From Zygophlyctis sp. KS116 (lineage: Eukaryota > Fungi > Chytridiomycota), in the NCBI GenBank assembly GCA_054661495.1, contig BAAFSQ010000079.1, forward strand, positions 7,055 to 39,054: a DNA stretch of 32,000 nt, written 5' to 3'. Under the pieces are notes generated by a model that saw only the letters and a list, made by a program, of their open reading frames with translations, had not been told where the DNA came from and did no database searches. Below, piece after piece: positions 10,614 to 23,227 of the stretch. The position numbers and the translations under genes were made by a program. Each line of letters begins with the position of its first letter. The stretch's first letter is position 1.

Positions 10614-12155
10614 ATGGCAAAGACTGAAAGATCTAAAAGAATTTTATTTCTTTCTGGTATTTCAATTATACTTATACTTGGGGCGATCATAGCTGCTGTA
10701 ATAGTGACAGGGGAAAGAAAAAAGGCTGATGATCATTCTAACGATCAGAGTTCTCAAGATTTGATTAACAATCCTAATATTTCTAATGCTTCTACTGTTT
10801 CTGCATTTCCTTTCGGACGAGATAGGAATTCTGGTTTAGTTTCATCGGAAGGAGCGGCTGCTTCATCTGAACTTGAAGCGTCTATAACTGGAACTACTGA
10901 TGGGAATTCTGGATCTGGACCTTCAAAGGCTGAAAAATCTAACAGCCCCGCAACTTTGACTAGCTCAGTTTCTACAATTCCTAGAGCCACCGAAAGCTGT
11001 AAGAATCCAAGAATAAGAAAGGAATGGAGAGATTTGTCCAGTCAGGAACAATTAGACTATTTAGCTGCAGTAAATGGTTTGTTTAAAAAGCCTTCTCTGA
11101 AAGGATATGACAATAGGCATATGGACTTTGTTAAAGCTCATATTGAAAATAAGCATTTGGTTCACAATACTGTAAGTCCAGCGAGATTTAATTTTAGACA
11201 ATTTTTATGCCTTGGCATAGACATTTTATTTTCCAATACGAAAAAGAATTACGATCTATTAATCCTAAAGTGTCTTTACCATATTGGGATTGGGGAATGG
11301 ATTATGAAAATCCTGATAAGTCTCCTCTTTTTGACGATAACGCCTTTGGTGGTAGTGGTGACAAGACCACGCATTGTATTAATTCAGGTGCATTTGCTGG
11401 AATTCGAACTCAATTTTATGAGGGTCATTCTGATCCGCATTGTGTCAAAAGAGACTTTACGCTTAAGAATACGGTCACGACTCTGACAGCTCCGAGTGTG
11501 ATGATGGGCTTGGCCCTTTACAAAGAATGTAATTTTACTTAAACTCAAAGAATTAGTTGAAAAGTTTTCATATTCATTTGAAGGATTACCACACGCCCTT
11601 GCTCATAACTTTATTAGTGGAGATATGATTACGAATCAGTCCCCGAGTGATCCAATGTTTTACCTGGTTCATGGAAATGTCGATCGATATTTTTCCATTT
11701 GGCAGGAAGAACATCCAGATAGCAAATTCCCTGGAAGTCTAGAGGACAAATTACCGGCCTATGATACGCCTCTTTCAGTTCCATTTAAGTTGCCTAGAAA
11801 GTCATCTGACTATTGTTATTCATACTCAAACAAGGCAGCCCAAACTCATCGTAAAAGAGAATTAGAGCCTATAGTTCCTTCTAAAAACCACAACGTTTTA
11901 TATCCATCTAAAGTACCAGTTTCGTTCACGAAAATGATGGGGGGAAGTCCAAAAAAAATACAAACATTACAAAATCAGTCAACCAAATTCATCGATTGTT
12001 TAAATAGAATCGGATTTGTCAGCCCTGCCGTTTCATATGCCTCAGATAGACACTGGAAGAAATATAGAATTGAGAAAGGATCAACTTCACGATTTAAACA
12101 AGGGACCAAATCCCGACAGCATTTGGAAAGATGCTTACCTTTGCTCATTTCTTAA
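10614..12155 (+). CDS. Tyrosinase / type-3 dicopper protein 1 with N-terminal membrane anchor and Ser/Thr-rich stalk, ~495 aa
   Basis: RIRKEWRDLS; CuA histidines (KAH, VHN, PWHR); LPYWDW; CuB histidines (PHALAH, DPMFYLVH). Introns 11172-11197 and 11529-11556. Confidence 0.9.
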
Positions 12156-12323
12156 TGAAATATTATGGATATTAGATATTAGAATAGACTTATTATGGTA
12201 GAGTTTTGTGTGTTTGTTGAGCTCAGGCTAGAATTACAAGTATGAAACAAATAACCGTGAAACCGTTTCAGATCGGTGCCACAGGGAACACAAAATTTGT
12301 TGTTTCAGACCAACTTAATAATT

Positions 12324-13669
12324 ATGAGCACTATCAGTAATCGGGGACGTTGGAACTATCTTCTGATAACGATTACTGCATTGCTTCTGGCTCTAATAAT
12401 AACCACCACAGTCGTCTTATTAAATAAACAAAAACAGATAAATGCATTCGACCCTTCTAATAATCAATCAATTAATCCAGAACCAGCAGAACCATCAGTA
12501 CCATCATCAATACCAAGCAATAATCCGGTACCTAATCAAAATGGGCAGATATGTAGTAATCCTAGAATCAGAAAGTCATGGACTGAATTAAGTTATGAAG
12601 AAAAATCAAGATTTCTGAACGCCGTGACGCAGATCAAGAGCAAACCTCCGCAGACAAGTTCTGCAACTAATCGATATGAAGATTTTGTGATTACCCATGA
12701 TCTCTATAAATCACGCGCCCATAACATATCTGCTTTTCTCCCGTGGCATAGACATTTTATTAATGAATTTGAAAAAGAACTACAATTAATTGACTCTTCA
12801 ATTACATTACCATTTTGGGATTGGGCTAGTGATTCTTCAAATCCTGCTGCATCATCAGTATTGGCCAATGATGCATTTGGTGGAGATGGAGATCCACAAA
12901 CTGGATGTGTTAGAGATGGAGCTTTTGCTAATTGGCAGACTTCATATCCTTCTAATCACTGCCTGCAGCGTCAATTTAATGGCGGTAGATCTGTAATACA
13001 AGGATGGTCTTCTCCTGCTCAGGTAGCGGCACTTGTGTTTCGCTTTACTGATTGTAATTATACCGTTTATCTTAAAAAATAGATGCTCAATTCCGTAGTG
13101 CTTTCGAGTCAACTCCTCATGCTGCAGTTCATAATGGCATCGGGGGAGATATGCGACAATTTTTTTCTCCAAACGATCCTTTATTTTGGCTTCATCATTC
13201 AAATGTTGACCGATACTTTCTTGCTTGGCAATTAGAACATCCCCAAAGCCCTTATAATGGTGGCTCTTTGAACGATATGATGGCTCCTTTCAATATACCA
13301 ATATCAAGCGCTTTCAGGATACCTAATAACTCTGAATATTGTTACACTTATTCATTAGGCTCTGATTCTATGAGACGATCACTTTCTAAAAGGGACACCC
13401 TAAATTCAAAAAATAAAGAGCTTCAATGCCCTCCCCATATACCCGATGAATTTACTTTAAGCATGGGATGTAGCGTAGATCATGTTAGAATGACAGAGAA
13501 AATCATTTGCGATTTTACGCAAAAATTCAACAAAAAACGATATTTAACACAAGAAACAAAACTATCTATTTCCGAAGAAGACTCTAATCATATTAGTACT
13601 AAAATATGGCGTTATCACAGTGGGATTGAAAGAAATATGATTTTAGATTCTCTGAATGAAATAGACTAA
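12324..13669 (+). CDS. Tyrosinase / type-3 dicopper protein 2 with N-terminal membrane anchor and Pro/Asn-rich stalk, ~438 aa
   Basis: RIRKSWTELS, ITH..RAHN..FLPWHR, LPFWDW, PHAAVHNGIGGDM, SPNDPLFWLHH. Intron 13054-13082. Confidence 0.92.
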
Positions 13670-13678
13670 AAATCATTC

Positions 13679-14369
13679 TTATTGAAGATCGCCAAACATG
13701 AGTCGCTGAGCAAGTTGCTCAAACTTAACTACCTTTCCGCTTGATTCCAACTGTAACACCCAAACAAGATCATATCTACTTTTGGGCCATTTATCTGGTA
13801 CATTTTCTGCACCCAATTCTTTAGCAATTACTGATAGCTGTTGATGTGACCAACAAACAATTACAGAATGTCCATAATACCAGGGATCTTTCAGTTTTGA
13901 TATAAGATCGGGCAGCTGCCTTTTTGGATATGTCAAGAAATCAACACATCCGTTGCTTATGGACAATCCCTCACCTCCATCTTTCAAAGTGGTACCGGTC
14001 TTTAAAGCATTAACCAATGGTTCAACAGTTTGTTTTGGCTATCTTTAATAAATAACTAATTACCCTCAAGGACATGCCCCATTTTTCAACATCATCCACA
14101 TCTTGCGCAATTACTGCCTTCAATGGATTAGATGTGAAAAGCTTTTTCATTTCATGCCGATGTAAAAAGTAACCAACCAATGCATGCGCTCTCTCGCAGC
14201 CTTTTACAGATAACAGATGATTATCAGAGTAATCGGATTTATTGACGGTCTGTTCAAGGCCTGATGGCCAATGATGTTTCTCTGCATGTCTTATTAGGAG
14301 TATTGTAGTCAAATTGTCTTCTAACCCGCTAGAGGAAGAACTGCAAGAACTTGAATCACTAAAAGGCAT
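13679..14369 (-). CDS. Histidine phosphatase superfamily protein (RHAEK type), ~221 aa
   Basis: LLIRHAEK, LSVKGCERAHAL, SLRPKQTVEPL (after intron 14039-14063), VCWSH, WP...YDLVWVL. Confidence 0.8.
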
Positions 14370-14374
14370 GAAAA

Positions 14375-16711
14375 TTATCTTCTTTTTTTAACGTCTTTAT
14401 AAGCTGGGGAACGATCTCTCTTTCGAAGTTGAGCCAGTCGGGCACTGTGTGCATTTTCTAAGCCAGCTAGCCTATCATCTGTAGGCTCCTCTCTCTTCCG
14501 TGGTCTTTCATCACTATCAGAATTATTTCTTCCATCCTGCTCCTTTCTACTTCTTTCACTATGATGCGAAGATGGTTTTCGTTCATTAGATCTATGGTGA
14601 TGGCGAGAGGTATGGGATTCTCGAGAATGCTCATATCTTCTTCCTTTTCGATCGGGACTGCCATCTCCACGATGATACTTTTTACTGTCCTGACCATCAT
14701 ACCGATTTCTAGAGCTATTTCTATCTTCTCGTGAATATCTCCTAGTAGAATGATCTCTATTTCTATCAGAATGACGGATAGGGCTTTTTGATCTTGAATG
14801 GCTTCTATTACGATCTCTTCTCGAGTTTGAAAAGTCATCAGAATGGCGTTCCGGAGAGACACTTTCCCTCCTTTGGCTTGGCCTCAAATGACGTCTGGAA
14901 TCCTTCACTCTTTCTAAGCTAGAATCCCGAGAAGATACTTTTGATTTGCTACTTTCCGATTCTTCTGATGACGTATCATCTTTCTCAGCTTCTTGGCGAG
15001 CTTTTGCAATCTTTACGGCTTCAGCCAAAAATTCTCTCATAGTTTCTAACTTGAGAAAAATAAAAGCATACCTGTTAATGCGCCAAGTCCTATACTGGTG
15101 TAATAATTAATTGCAAAACGAGTATTTTTTGGATGGTCTTTCGGAAACATTCCTTGAAAAGCATTTCTGTTTACCAGCCCAGCATCAGTTTGTACAGATA
15201 TGATCATGGTTTCATCGTTAAATCTTTCTATTAATTTTTTGAGGCCCATTGAACTGACCAAGTCCTGAAGTAGAATTTTCAAAAAAATACGAGAAGAAGA
15301 GGTTGTATCTTGTTCTGTCAAACTGATCAAAGAGAATATATTCCAGTCTATCGCATCAGCCGCCAACAAATGACCATAAAATTTAGCAATATTTCTCAGC
15401 CTATTAGTTTCAAAACGATGAATAGTTTTGTATGTTTCTTCAAATCCATCTGAAAATGCAGACTCCCAGGCCTTATTCAATCTACAAAATCGTTCTCCTA
15501 AAAGACCATAAAATGATACAAATGTTTTTTCTTGTGAACAACACTCTACAATCATAGATGTCAATTCTGATTCTTGTCCTATTCAATTAAAAAAAATTAA
15601 AAAAATACCTTCTGGTATATCCAGTTTAAGTAATTTATGACAACACTCTTCATAGTTTAGAGAAGACATGATTGTCAAATATATAGCTCTTCTAAGATTA
15701 ACCAAATTAGTATTTGTTTGATCTTCAATTACAATTCTAGCCTTTTCCTTCATTTCTTCCTCATCAACTTCTTCTTCCTCATCTTCCTCTTCCTCTTCAT
15801 CATCTGATTCTCCGCCTAAAATTTCCCTCTTAATGTCAGCATATTTCGCCTCATTTTCCAAAAACTCGGGATCAAACGCAAAAACATTGAGAACATCCTC
15901 AACCTCTAAATCATCCGTCAATCCTAATGTATGTGTCATTTGATCTTCTTCTTCAATCAAATCTAATTCCTTTTCATTAAATTTTGCTTAAATTACTTCT
16001 GGAATGCTAGGATGGTTTTTATAATTCTCTTTTCGGACTTGAAATAAGACCTCAACCATATATTGTGTTCTCACATCAATTTCTCCCTGATGTAAAATAG
16101 ATCTAAACCTTTCAAAAACGGCATTTGCTGCTCTGGATGATTCAACCTTTACTCTAAGAAATTCAACAAAATACCTGTAAAAAAGCACCAACATCTCTCA
16201 TAAATCCAACAGCAACTTCTACAGAGTCATCCGTAGGCTTTTCCAAGAGTAAGGTTAATAGTTGCAGTCCCAAAATTTCATTTGCAACTCTAAAATTGAC
16301 CAATTGCGCAATAAACTTTACCACTGCCACAAGTATGGCTTTATCAGATCTTTTGTAAGCTCTTTTAAACTGATGAATTAAACGCATAAGAAGCAACTGC
16401 CCAATTTGAGGAAACTTTGTATTTACAACCGCAACCAAACATGCGTACACTGGAGTAAATGGCAAAGAAGCAGCCTGAGCTTTCATGAGACTTTTGCAAA
16501 AGAGACCTCTGCCTCTCATCAAGTTTTCTGAGAGTAATTCTGGAACAATATTCTTAATGTTGCTTGTATTAACTTTATTAATCAGCCCATTGATTGATTT
16601 CTTTAGCGCCTCCCATGCAATTTTCTGATATTCTTCTCCAGACTTGTCCTTAATCTTTGCCTGGAGAGCTCGCAACTTGTATGGCGGTAGATAAGTTCCA
16701 CCAGATTTCAT
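14375..16711 (-). CDS. CWC22: Pre-mRNA splicing factor CWC22 (MIF4G + MA3, RS/RD-rich tail), ~741 aa
   Basis: [56 protein letters not shown]. Introns 16147-16174, 15970-15996, 15579-15608, 15046-15071. Confidence 0.96.
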
Positions 16712-16759
16712 CTTTTATAAAAACCTCAACCTTAAAGTTTAAAAGTCTTTATTATTCGC

Positions 16760-18192
16760 CTAATAATAGATGGGCGACATTGCTGCTCTTATACGATTAT
16801 AATCTTGTAGAGATTCTACTGGACCATATCCAACAACAGCTATTTCTTTATCATAAATGTACTTTTGAGTTGCATCCATTACAGAAGAAAGTGACACAGA
16901 CTCTATTAAAGCATCAACTTCCCAAGGGTCAAGACGCTTTCCATAACACAACATTTGACGTCCAATTTCTTCAGCTATAGGTGTCGTACCATCCAATGAC
17001 AATAGTAAAGCTGTTTTCAAGGCATTCTTTGCCCTAAAAACTTCAGCTTCAGTAATATTTATAGCTAAACGATGCCATTCCTGTTGAATACAATGAGTCA
17101 AATCATCTAAAGATTCAAAATTTTCAGAAACTGCATAAATTCCAAATAGTCCAGTATCACTATAAGAAGTATTAAATGACATGTAAGAATTTGCCAAATT
17201 TTCTTTTGATATAATTCTGGCCAAGGGAGAGCTTACATGAGAAGAAGCTCCAAGAGAACGATCCCAAGATCCACAAAGAGCCTGAGCGACTAATAAAGAC
17301 CAATAATCTGGGGATGTCCAAGACACACCCTCAACAGCAAAAGCCACATGAGCAGTAGGATGATCATCAAATCTTGCCCGTAAATCAGAACCAACAAAAG
17401 TTGGTTTTACAAGTTTTCTAGACTCTAGACTCTTTTTTAAACCTCCAAAATGCTATAATTTTCAAAAAAAATTATAAAAAATACCTTTTCAGCAAGTTTA
17501 ACCAATTCTTCATGATCAACACCACCAGCAGCTACCAGAACCATTCTTTCTGGAGTATAATTTTTACTAATATAGTCTTCTAAATCTTTTTTACTAATAG
17601 ATTTAATATTTTCATTAGTTCCAAGAATAGTAAGACCAAGAGAATTTCCTCTAAAAGCTATACCATGTAAATGATCAAAGACAACTTCTTCCTTATTCTT
17701 ATCCACTTCTTCTGCTTCACGTAGAATTACATCTCTTTCTCTCTCAATTGCAGACTCTGAGAGTGTAGCTCCTTGTAAAATATCAGAGAGAATTCCAACA
17801 GCCGACGGGACATCAGATGACAGAGTTTTAGCATAATACACAGTTTGCTCTCTGGACGTGTAAGCGTTTAAATGACCTCCCATGTTTTCAATTAAAGTTT
17901 CCAATTCCACTTGAGAACGAGACTTTGTTCCTTTAAATGCCATGTGTTCCAGAAAGTGTGCAGTTCCATTATTTTTCTCATTTTCAAATCTTGAGCCTGC
18001 ATCCAACCAAATCCCAACAGTTGCAGTGACAGAATTTGAATTTGACTCTGAAGCTATTCTGAATCCATTCGACAAGACAGAAATCTTTGTACTTGGAATG
18101 TTTGATAGAGATTTAGAGTAATTTAAGGAAACTAGTCCATTGCTTGGAGTTGGTGTGGAAAGAGCAATTTTAGAGGAAAATCGTCTCAACAT
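16760..18192 (-). CDS. MAS1: Mitochondrial processing peptidase beta subunit (M16B), ~466 aa
   Basis: Presequence-like [24 protein letters not shown] (HxxEH), [37 protein letters not shown]. Intron 17453-17484. Confidence 0.95.
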
Positions 18193-18287
18193 TTTTCTTT
18201 TTTTTTCGAGGAAATTCTGTATTAATTGAAATTTATATCCCTTTAAATATTATATGCTCTTCAACTTATAATTACTTGACGACACTC

Positions 18288-19199
18288 CTACTTTCTAGGA
18301 GATCCATAAACTTGTTTTAGAATTACTCCTTTATGATTCCAAAAAAACAATTTAAATTGATTCTCATATACCAAAACTTGAACAAACCCCAACTGATTAT
18401 CAGCAGACCATCCTATTTTAGGAGAACATGGTTCTTCAAATTTAGATCCTGCACCAGAGATTACATAATGCGTATTTTTTAATAATGCATATTGTAAAGA
18501 ATGACAGTGTCCTGCAAAATATGCACTTATATTATACCTTGATAAATTATTTCTAAGCCATTTCAATTCAAAAGTTTCAAGATCTGGACAATTTCCTTTT
18601 AAATCAGTATATATAATTTAAAAATTACCTAGAGGATAATGTCCAACTACAAAAATATAATCATAATTAGAAAATCTTTTTAATTGTTTAATTATCCATC
18701 TCTTTATAAATACTAGAGAGTTTTTTGACATGCTATTTTTGAAATTTTCCTTCATGGCTCTAGAATCCCCATTTAATCCATTTGCAAGTAAATTTACATC
18801 AAGATAAATGAATGCAGCATTAAAATTACTTTTTGTAATGGTTTTTGTATAAAATAAATCAGGCATGATCCATTTTGGATTTAATTTTGAATATTCTACT
18901 TGGCATTCAGGACAAGAGTACCAATCATGATTTCCTAAAACAGAATACCATTCGAGATCAGACAATGGTCCATTATAAGTATTTTTCCAAATTTCTGTAA
19001 ACTTATCATCATTAACCGACAACACTCCATCATAATTGTATCCTCCGCCAAAATAGAAATTATCACCAGCAGAAATTATAAAGTCGGTTGCATTAGTTGA
19101 TACAATCTCCTTCATTGCATTGGCAACACAAGTCTGATTAGATGAATTATATCCCCAATCCCCAATCACAAGAAAGCCCAAGAGATGATCAAGTTGCAT
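18288..19199 (-). CDS. Purple/tartrate-resistant acid phosphatase (metallophosphoesterase), ~292 aa
   Basis: GDWG, GDNFY, VLGNHD, VVGHYP, AGHCH, VISGAGS. Intron 18596-18628. First ATG is at 19199. Confidence 0.9.
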
Positions 19200-19262
19200 A
19201 TGGACTGCAAATTTGCAAGGCCTTGTTCCTCTGGTGACATCATTCTTCACAGATCATTAATA

Positions 19263-22200
19263 ATGGATCATCAATTGGATCAATCTAGTAATCATCAAGC
19301 ACAATCAGACTCTGAACTATTGTCTACTGAATCTGTTAGAGTCAAATACTCTGAAAACGCTGATGGAGAATCTAAAGTTGTTCCGACAACCTCAAAGGCG
19401 GAAACGTTATCAGAAATACAAGGACTTTTCAATGAGTCGCAAAAGATTGCTTATGTTGGGCTTTGCTATGCATGGATCTATAACTTTAAAAAGAGTAGAT
19501 TTTCTTCAACGAGTGCTGATAAGAGGGCGCTGGTTCAGTATGAAAAATGGTCATTGGAGTATATGGAAAAAATATTTGTATATTTGGATTTTTCTACAAA
19601 AGGTATTGTCATCTTATAGTAAAAGTAAAGAAAGAAATTTAATTCAAAATCTGGCATTTCATGGGGCTCAGCCAAAGGATTTAGCTTCTACATTGATTCA
19701 AGATGCTAAAGATACTATGGCTGCTGTAGAATTAGAGGAAAAGGCTAGATTACAAAGGCATCAGGAAGCTTTAAATGCTGGGATAATGGTTCCAAATGAT
19801 GCGTTATATATTCCTGAAATGCCAAGAGATATTAGATTTGTATTATTAAGTCATATGTTTTTATTATCAATATCAGATGGATTTTATGATGCAAGATCAA
19901 GGGCTTTAGTGAAATCTGTTGCTAGCTACTTGGATGTTTCATTATTTGATACTATAAGGATTGAATTTGCTATAGCGGATCAACTTAGGATCAGTGTACA
20001 CGAAGGAGAAAAATTTAAGCATGCAGAGACTATTATTGGTGAAAGGAATAAAATAGATTCAAGAAATAGATATTTATTTGCTGGATTGGCGACTATTGCG
20101 GGAGGAGCAGTGATTGGTTTAACTGCAGGAATAGCTGCCCCATTTATCGGGGCTGGCATAGGAGCTACTCTTACAACTTTTGGTGTGACTGGAGCGGCTG
20201 GTATAGGGACTTTTATGGCGAGTGCCGGAGGATTGGCTTTAATTACAACTGGTGGGGTCCTCACAGGCGGTGGTATGTTTTGGTTCATACGGTTAATATT
20301 TAGGAATGTCTGGTGTAAAAATGATGAAAAGAACTCGAGGGGTTCAAGAATTTGAATTTCTTTCAATAGAAGACGCTATGGCTTTAATTCTAAAGCACCG
20401 TGAGGAACGGCGCTTGGACAAAAAGAAAAAGGAAGCCAAAGGATCTAAACATAATTCAAAAAATTCACTAGAGGAGAAGAAAGGATCTAGAAATAATTCA
20501 AAAATTTCACTCGAGGAAGAGAAAATATCTAGAAAGGGTTCTACCCCTGGACCAGGGAAATCTAAATCCGATCTGACCGATGAGAATAAGTCACATGAAA
20601 AGAAAGAAGCATATATCAACCCAATAGATCTACATACTGAATTGTGGGTTAACTCCGTTGAGAATTTAAGGTCGGAATCAATGAAAAGTCTGGGCCAAGA
20701 ATCTAATGAAGCTGGAGCTTCTCTTCCATCTGTTTTGCAGAATATTTCTGCTGAATCCTCCACTTTCAATAGTGAAACAAAGGGGAGCATGTTAGTAGAA
20801 GATCCTGAATCCGAAATAAGTAGTGCTAGTTATATCCATGAAAAGCATCTCTCAAGGGATTCTAATTCTCGCCAAACCAATGTTTTAATCACGGTTGGAG
20901 GCTGGGTATATCATGATTCAGATGAGCATTCTTTGCCTTTTAGTGTCTTACAGCGGAATATGCACGGAGACCAGTATTCTTTAGTTTGGGAGACCGATAC
21001 TCTTCTAGAGCTAGGATCATCCTTGAAAATTGTTGTATCAGAGATAGCGTCATTTATTGTACAGCAAGGAATACAAGGTAATCTATTGTAAAACGCTCAA
21101 CATTAGCACTTTTGCTACCTGCGTTAATGGCTGCTATTACTGGCCCTTTGTGGATGCTTAAACTTTCTTATTTAATTGATAACCCCTGGGGAAATGGCCT
21201 TACAAAAGCAGAGAAAGTCGGCAGGGTAATTTTAGCTTTTTAAATATAGGTATTGGCCGATACAATGCTTGGTCAAGTTCAGGGTAACCGCCCCGTGACG
21301 TTGGTTGGTTATTCCTTGGGTGCTCGGGTTATATATTTTTGCCTGGAAGAATTGGCCTCTAAAGGTGCATTTGGGATCGTTGAAGATGTTTATCTATTCG
21401 GATGCCCAGTTATGGTTGAACTTAAGCAATGGCAAGCAGTGGCTACTGCTGTGTCTGGGCGCATAGTTAATGGATATTGTCCGAATGACAGTATTTTAGC
21501 AATTCTTTATCGTGCATCAGCATCTTCATGGTCAGATGTAGCTGGATTACAACCGATCCTAGGCGTAAACGGAGTTGAAAATGTTAATCTCGAGGATGTT
21601 GTAAAAGGGCATACTGAATATTTTTCTAAAATGCCTCTGGTCCTTGAAAAATGTGGATTTTCAATTACAGATACCTATTTTGAAGATGAGGAGGATATGG
21701 AGGAGCAAGAAAGAATTAAAGCACAAGAACAAAAATCTAAAATAAATGAGAAAAGGCTACGTGAAAAGGAAGAAAAATTGAAACGGAGGCAACAGAAATA
21801 CCACGAGAAGCTTTTAAATGAACAGGAAGAAGTGGATCGTCAATTAGCCCATCAGTTGAAAGAAGAGGCCCTAAAATTTGTAGAAAAGGAGTCGTCCGCT
21901 GAAGTAAATACGGGCTTGGTAGGATTTAGATCTTCTGCACAGAAGGTAGATGTAAATGATGATCCACTAAACTTACCATTTGAAATTAAAGAAATGAAAA
22001 GCACGCTTCCTCCTCTCTCTATCAGTTTCAATTCTACAATTAGAAGCTCTCTTGATTTGGATTCAAGCTTGAGCGAAGCTGGGCTTCATTCTCTTGTTGG
22101 AAGCTTAGATGCATCCTCTCATAAATCTTTAAATCCTGGACTTGGAATCAGTACTGAAAATATTAGGGAAAGAAAAACAGAATTTGAGTACATTAGTGAT

Positions 22201-22392
22201 TCAGAAGACGATAAGCGAATGACCAGCGGAAGCTTTTTAAGTGCACCGGCGCGGGAGTCAATGAAAAGTGAATATTTCTTAAAAAGTCCAACTTCATCAT
22301 CTATTACAGAGCCAAGCCCAACACATACCCGGGTACGACATAAGAGCAATAATCCCCTATCTCCAGAACTTATTCGCAACTTCAATCAGTAA
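19263..22392 (+). CDS. DUF726 / TMCO4 (Mil1)-like membrane-associated alpha/beta-hydrolase-fold protein, ~1005 aa
   Basis: DGFYDARSR, GLATIAGGAVIGLTAGIAAP, LIDNPW, RPVTLVGYSLGARVI (GxSxG), GRIVNGY, GHTEY. Introns 19603-19630, 20273-20303, 21078-21106, 21226-21249. Confidence 0.9.
20438..20535 (+). repeat. Imperfect 42-bp tandem repeat (about 2.3 copies) inside the DUF726 coding region
   Basis: aaaggatctaaacataattcaaaaaattcactagaggagaag / aaaggatctagaaataattcaaaaatttcactcgaggaagag / aaaatatctagaaa, encoding KGSKHNSKNSLEEK-KGSRNNSKISLEEE-KISR. Confidence 0.85.
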
Positions 22393-22425
22393 TTATTATT
22401 TATCTTGTTATTCATCAATACACAA

Positions 22426-23086
22426 TTATGATCTGTCATTTAAGTCTGATAGAATCTGAAGTTCAGTATTTAGAATTGTCTCGGGAACATAATCTGCATC
22501 ATCTTCATCTTCATCATTCAAAATTTCTTGAGAAATATTGCTTATATTTAGAAGATTCGGCTGAGCCTGACGTTTATCGGAATAAAGCTCGGTTGATTGT
22601 AATCTTCTTTTGAGTGCATTTTGAGCTGTCTGGCATGAAAGTGTCGGCGTTAGATAAAGCTGAGGGGGTATATGTTCCAATATTTCTTTTGGGGGCATAA
22701 ACGGCTGTATTGGCACATAATAAGATTTTTTAGAATCTTGTACCATAGTTGGAGGTTTTATTCCTTGAAATATACCATTTTCTAATTTTGATGGTAGCGA
22801 TACTGGTGTTAAATCCGGTAAATCAATGTTTTTCTAACATTAAATTCAATGATTTACTTTTAACAGATCTGCTGATGCGGCTAAGAATTTCAAATTGGTT
22901 CCAAGTCGTTTATGATAACTATATTCGAAATAAATGAATATTTTACATTAAAAATTCTGGTTGATCTACCCAACCATTATTTTGATATTCGGTTAAAATC
23001 TTCAAAAGTACAGAATTAATTTCTAAAATATTTTGTATCGTAGAGAAAGTAAACTGAGGAACTGTGACAAAGTCTTGTTCGGACAT
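22426..23086 (-). CDS. SSXT (SS18/SYT N-terminal, SNH) domain protein, ~202 aa
   Basis: With introns 22919-22946 and 22834-22857 it reads TIQNILEINSVLLKILTEYQNNG...YHKRLGTNLKFLAASAD, resembling the SS18/GIF SNH domain (IQ..LD.N..LI..I...QN.G...YQ..L..NL.YLA.IAD). Confidence 0.75.
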
Positions 23087-23155
23087 TCTGCTAAACTCGT
23101 GTTTCTTCCGACCAAAAGGTGAAAAAATATCTAACACTATTGGGAAGTAAAAGTA

Positions 23156-23227
23156 CTCCCTGGCGGGGAATCGAACCCCGACCGCATCGGTGAAAGCGAT
23201 GAATCCTAACCATTGGACCACCAAGGA
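23156..23227 (-). tRNA. tRNA-Glu, anticodon TTC, intronless
   Basis: Minus strand reads TCCTTGGTGGTCCAATGGTTAGGATTCATCGCTTTCACCGATGCGGTCGGGGTTCGATTCCCCGCCAGGGAG. Acceptor stem TCCTTGG/CCAGGGA, anticodon arm CATCG-CTTTCAC-CGATG, T-loop GTTCGATTC, downstream T-runs. Confidence 0.96.

Noticed and set aside
14467-14862. 131-aa alternative-frame ORF inside the CWC22 tail
   Set aside because: By-product of the low-complexity R/S/D/H-rich tail, with no independent evidence.
19980-20790. Minus-strand ORFs of 128 and 148 aa
   Set aside because: Antisense shadows of Gly/Ala-rich and Ser/Glu/Lys-rich parts of the DUF726 gene, with no recognisable motifs.
23087-23224. N-terminal extension of ORF 22943..23224 (MVVQWLGF...)
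   Set aside because: It starts at a non-ATG codon inside the tRNA-Glu gene. The plausible start is ATG 23086.
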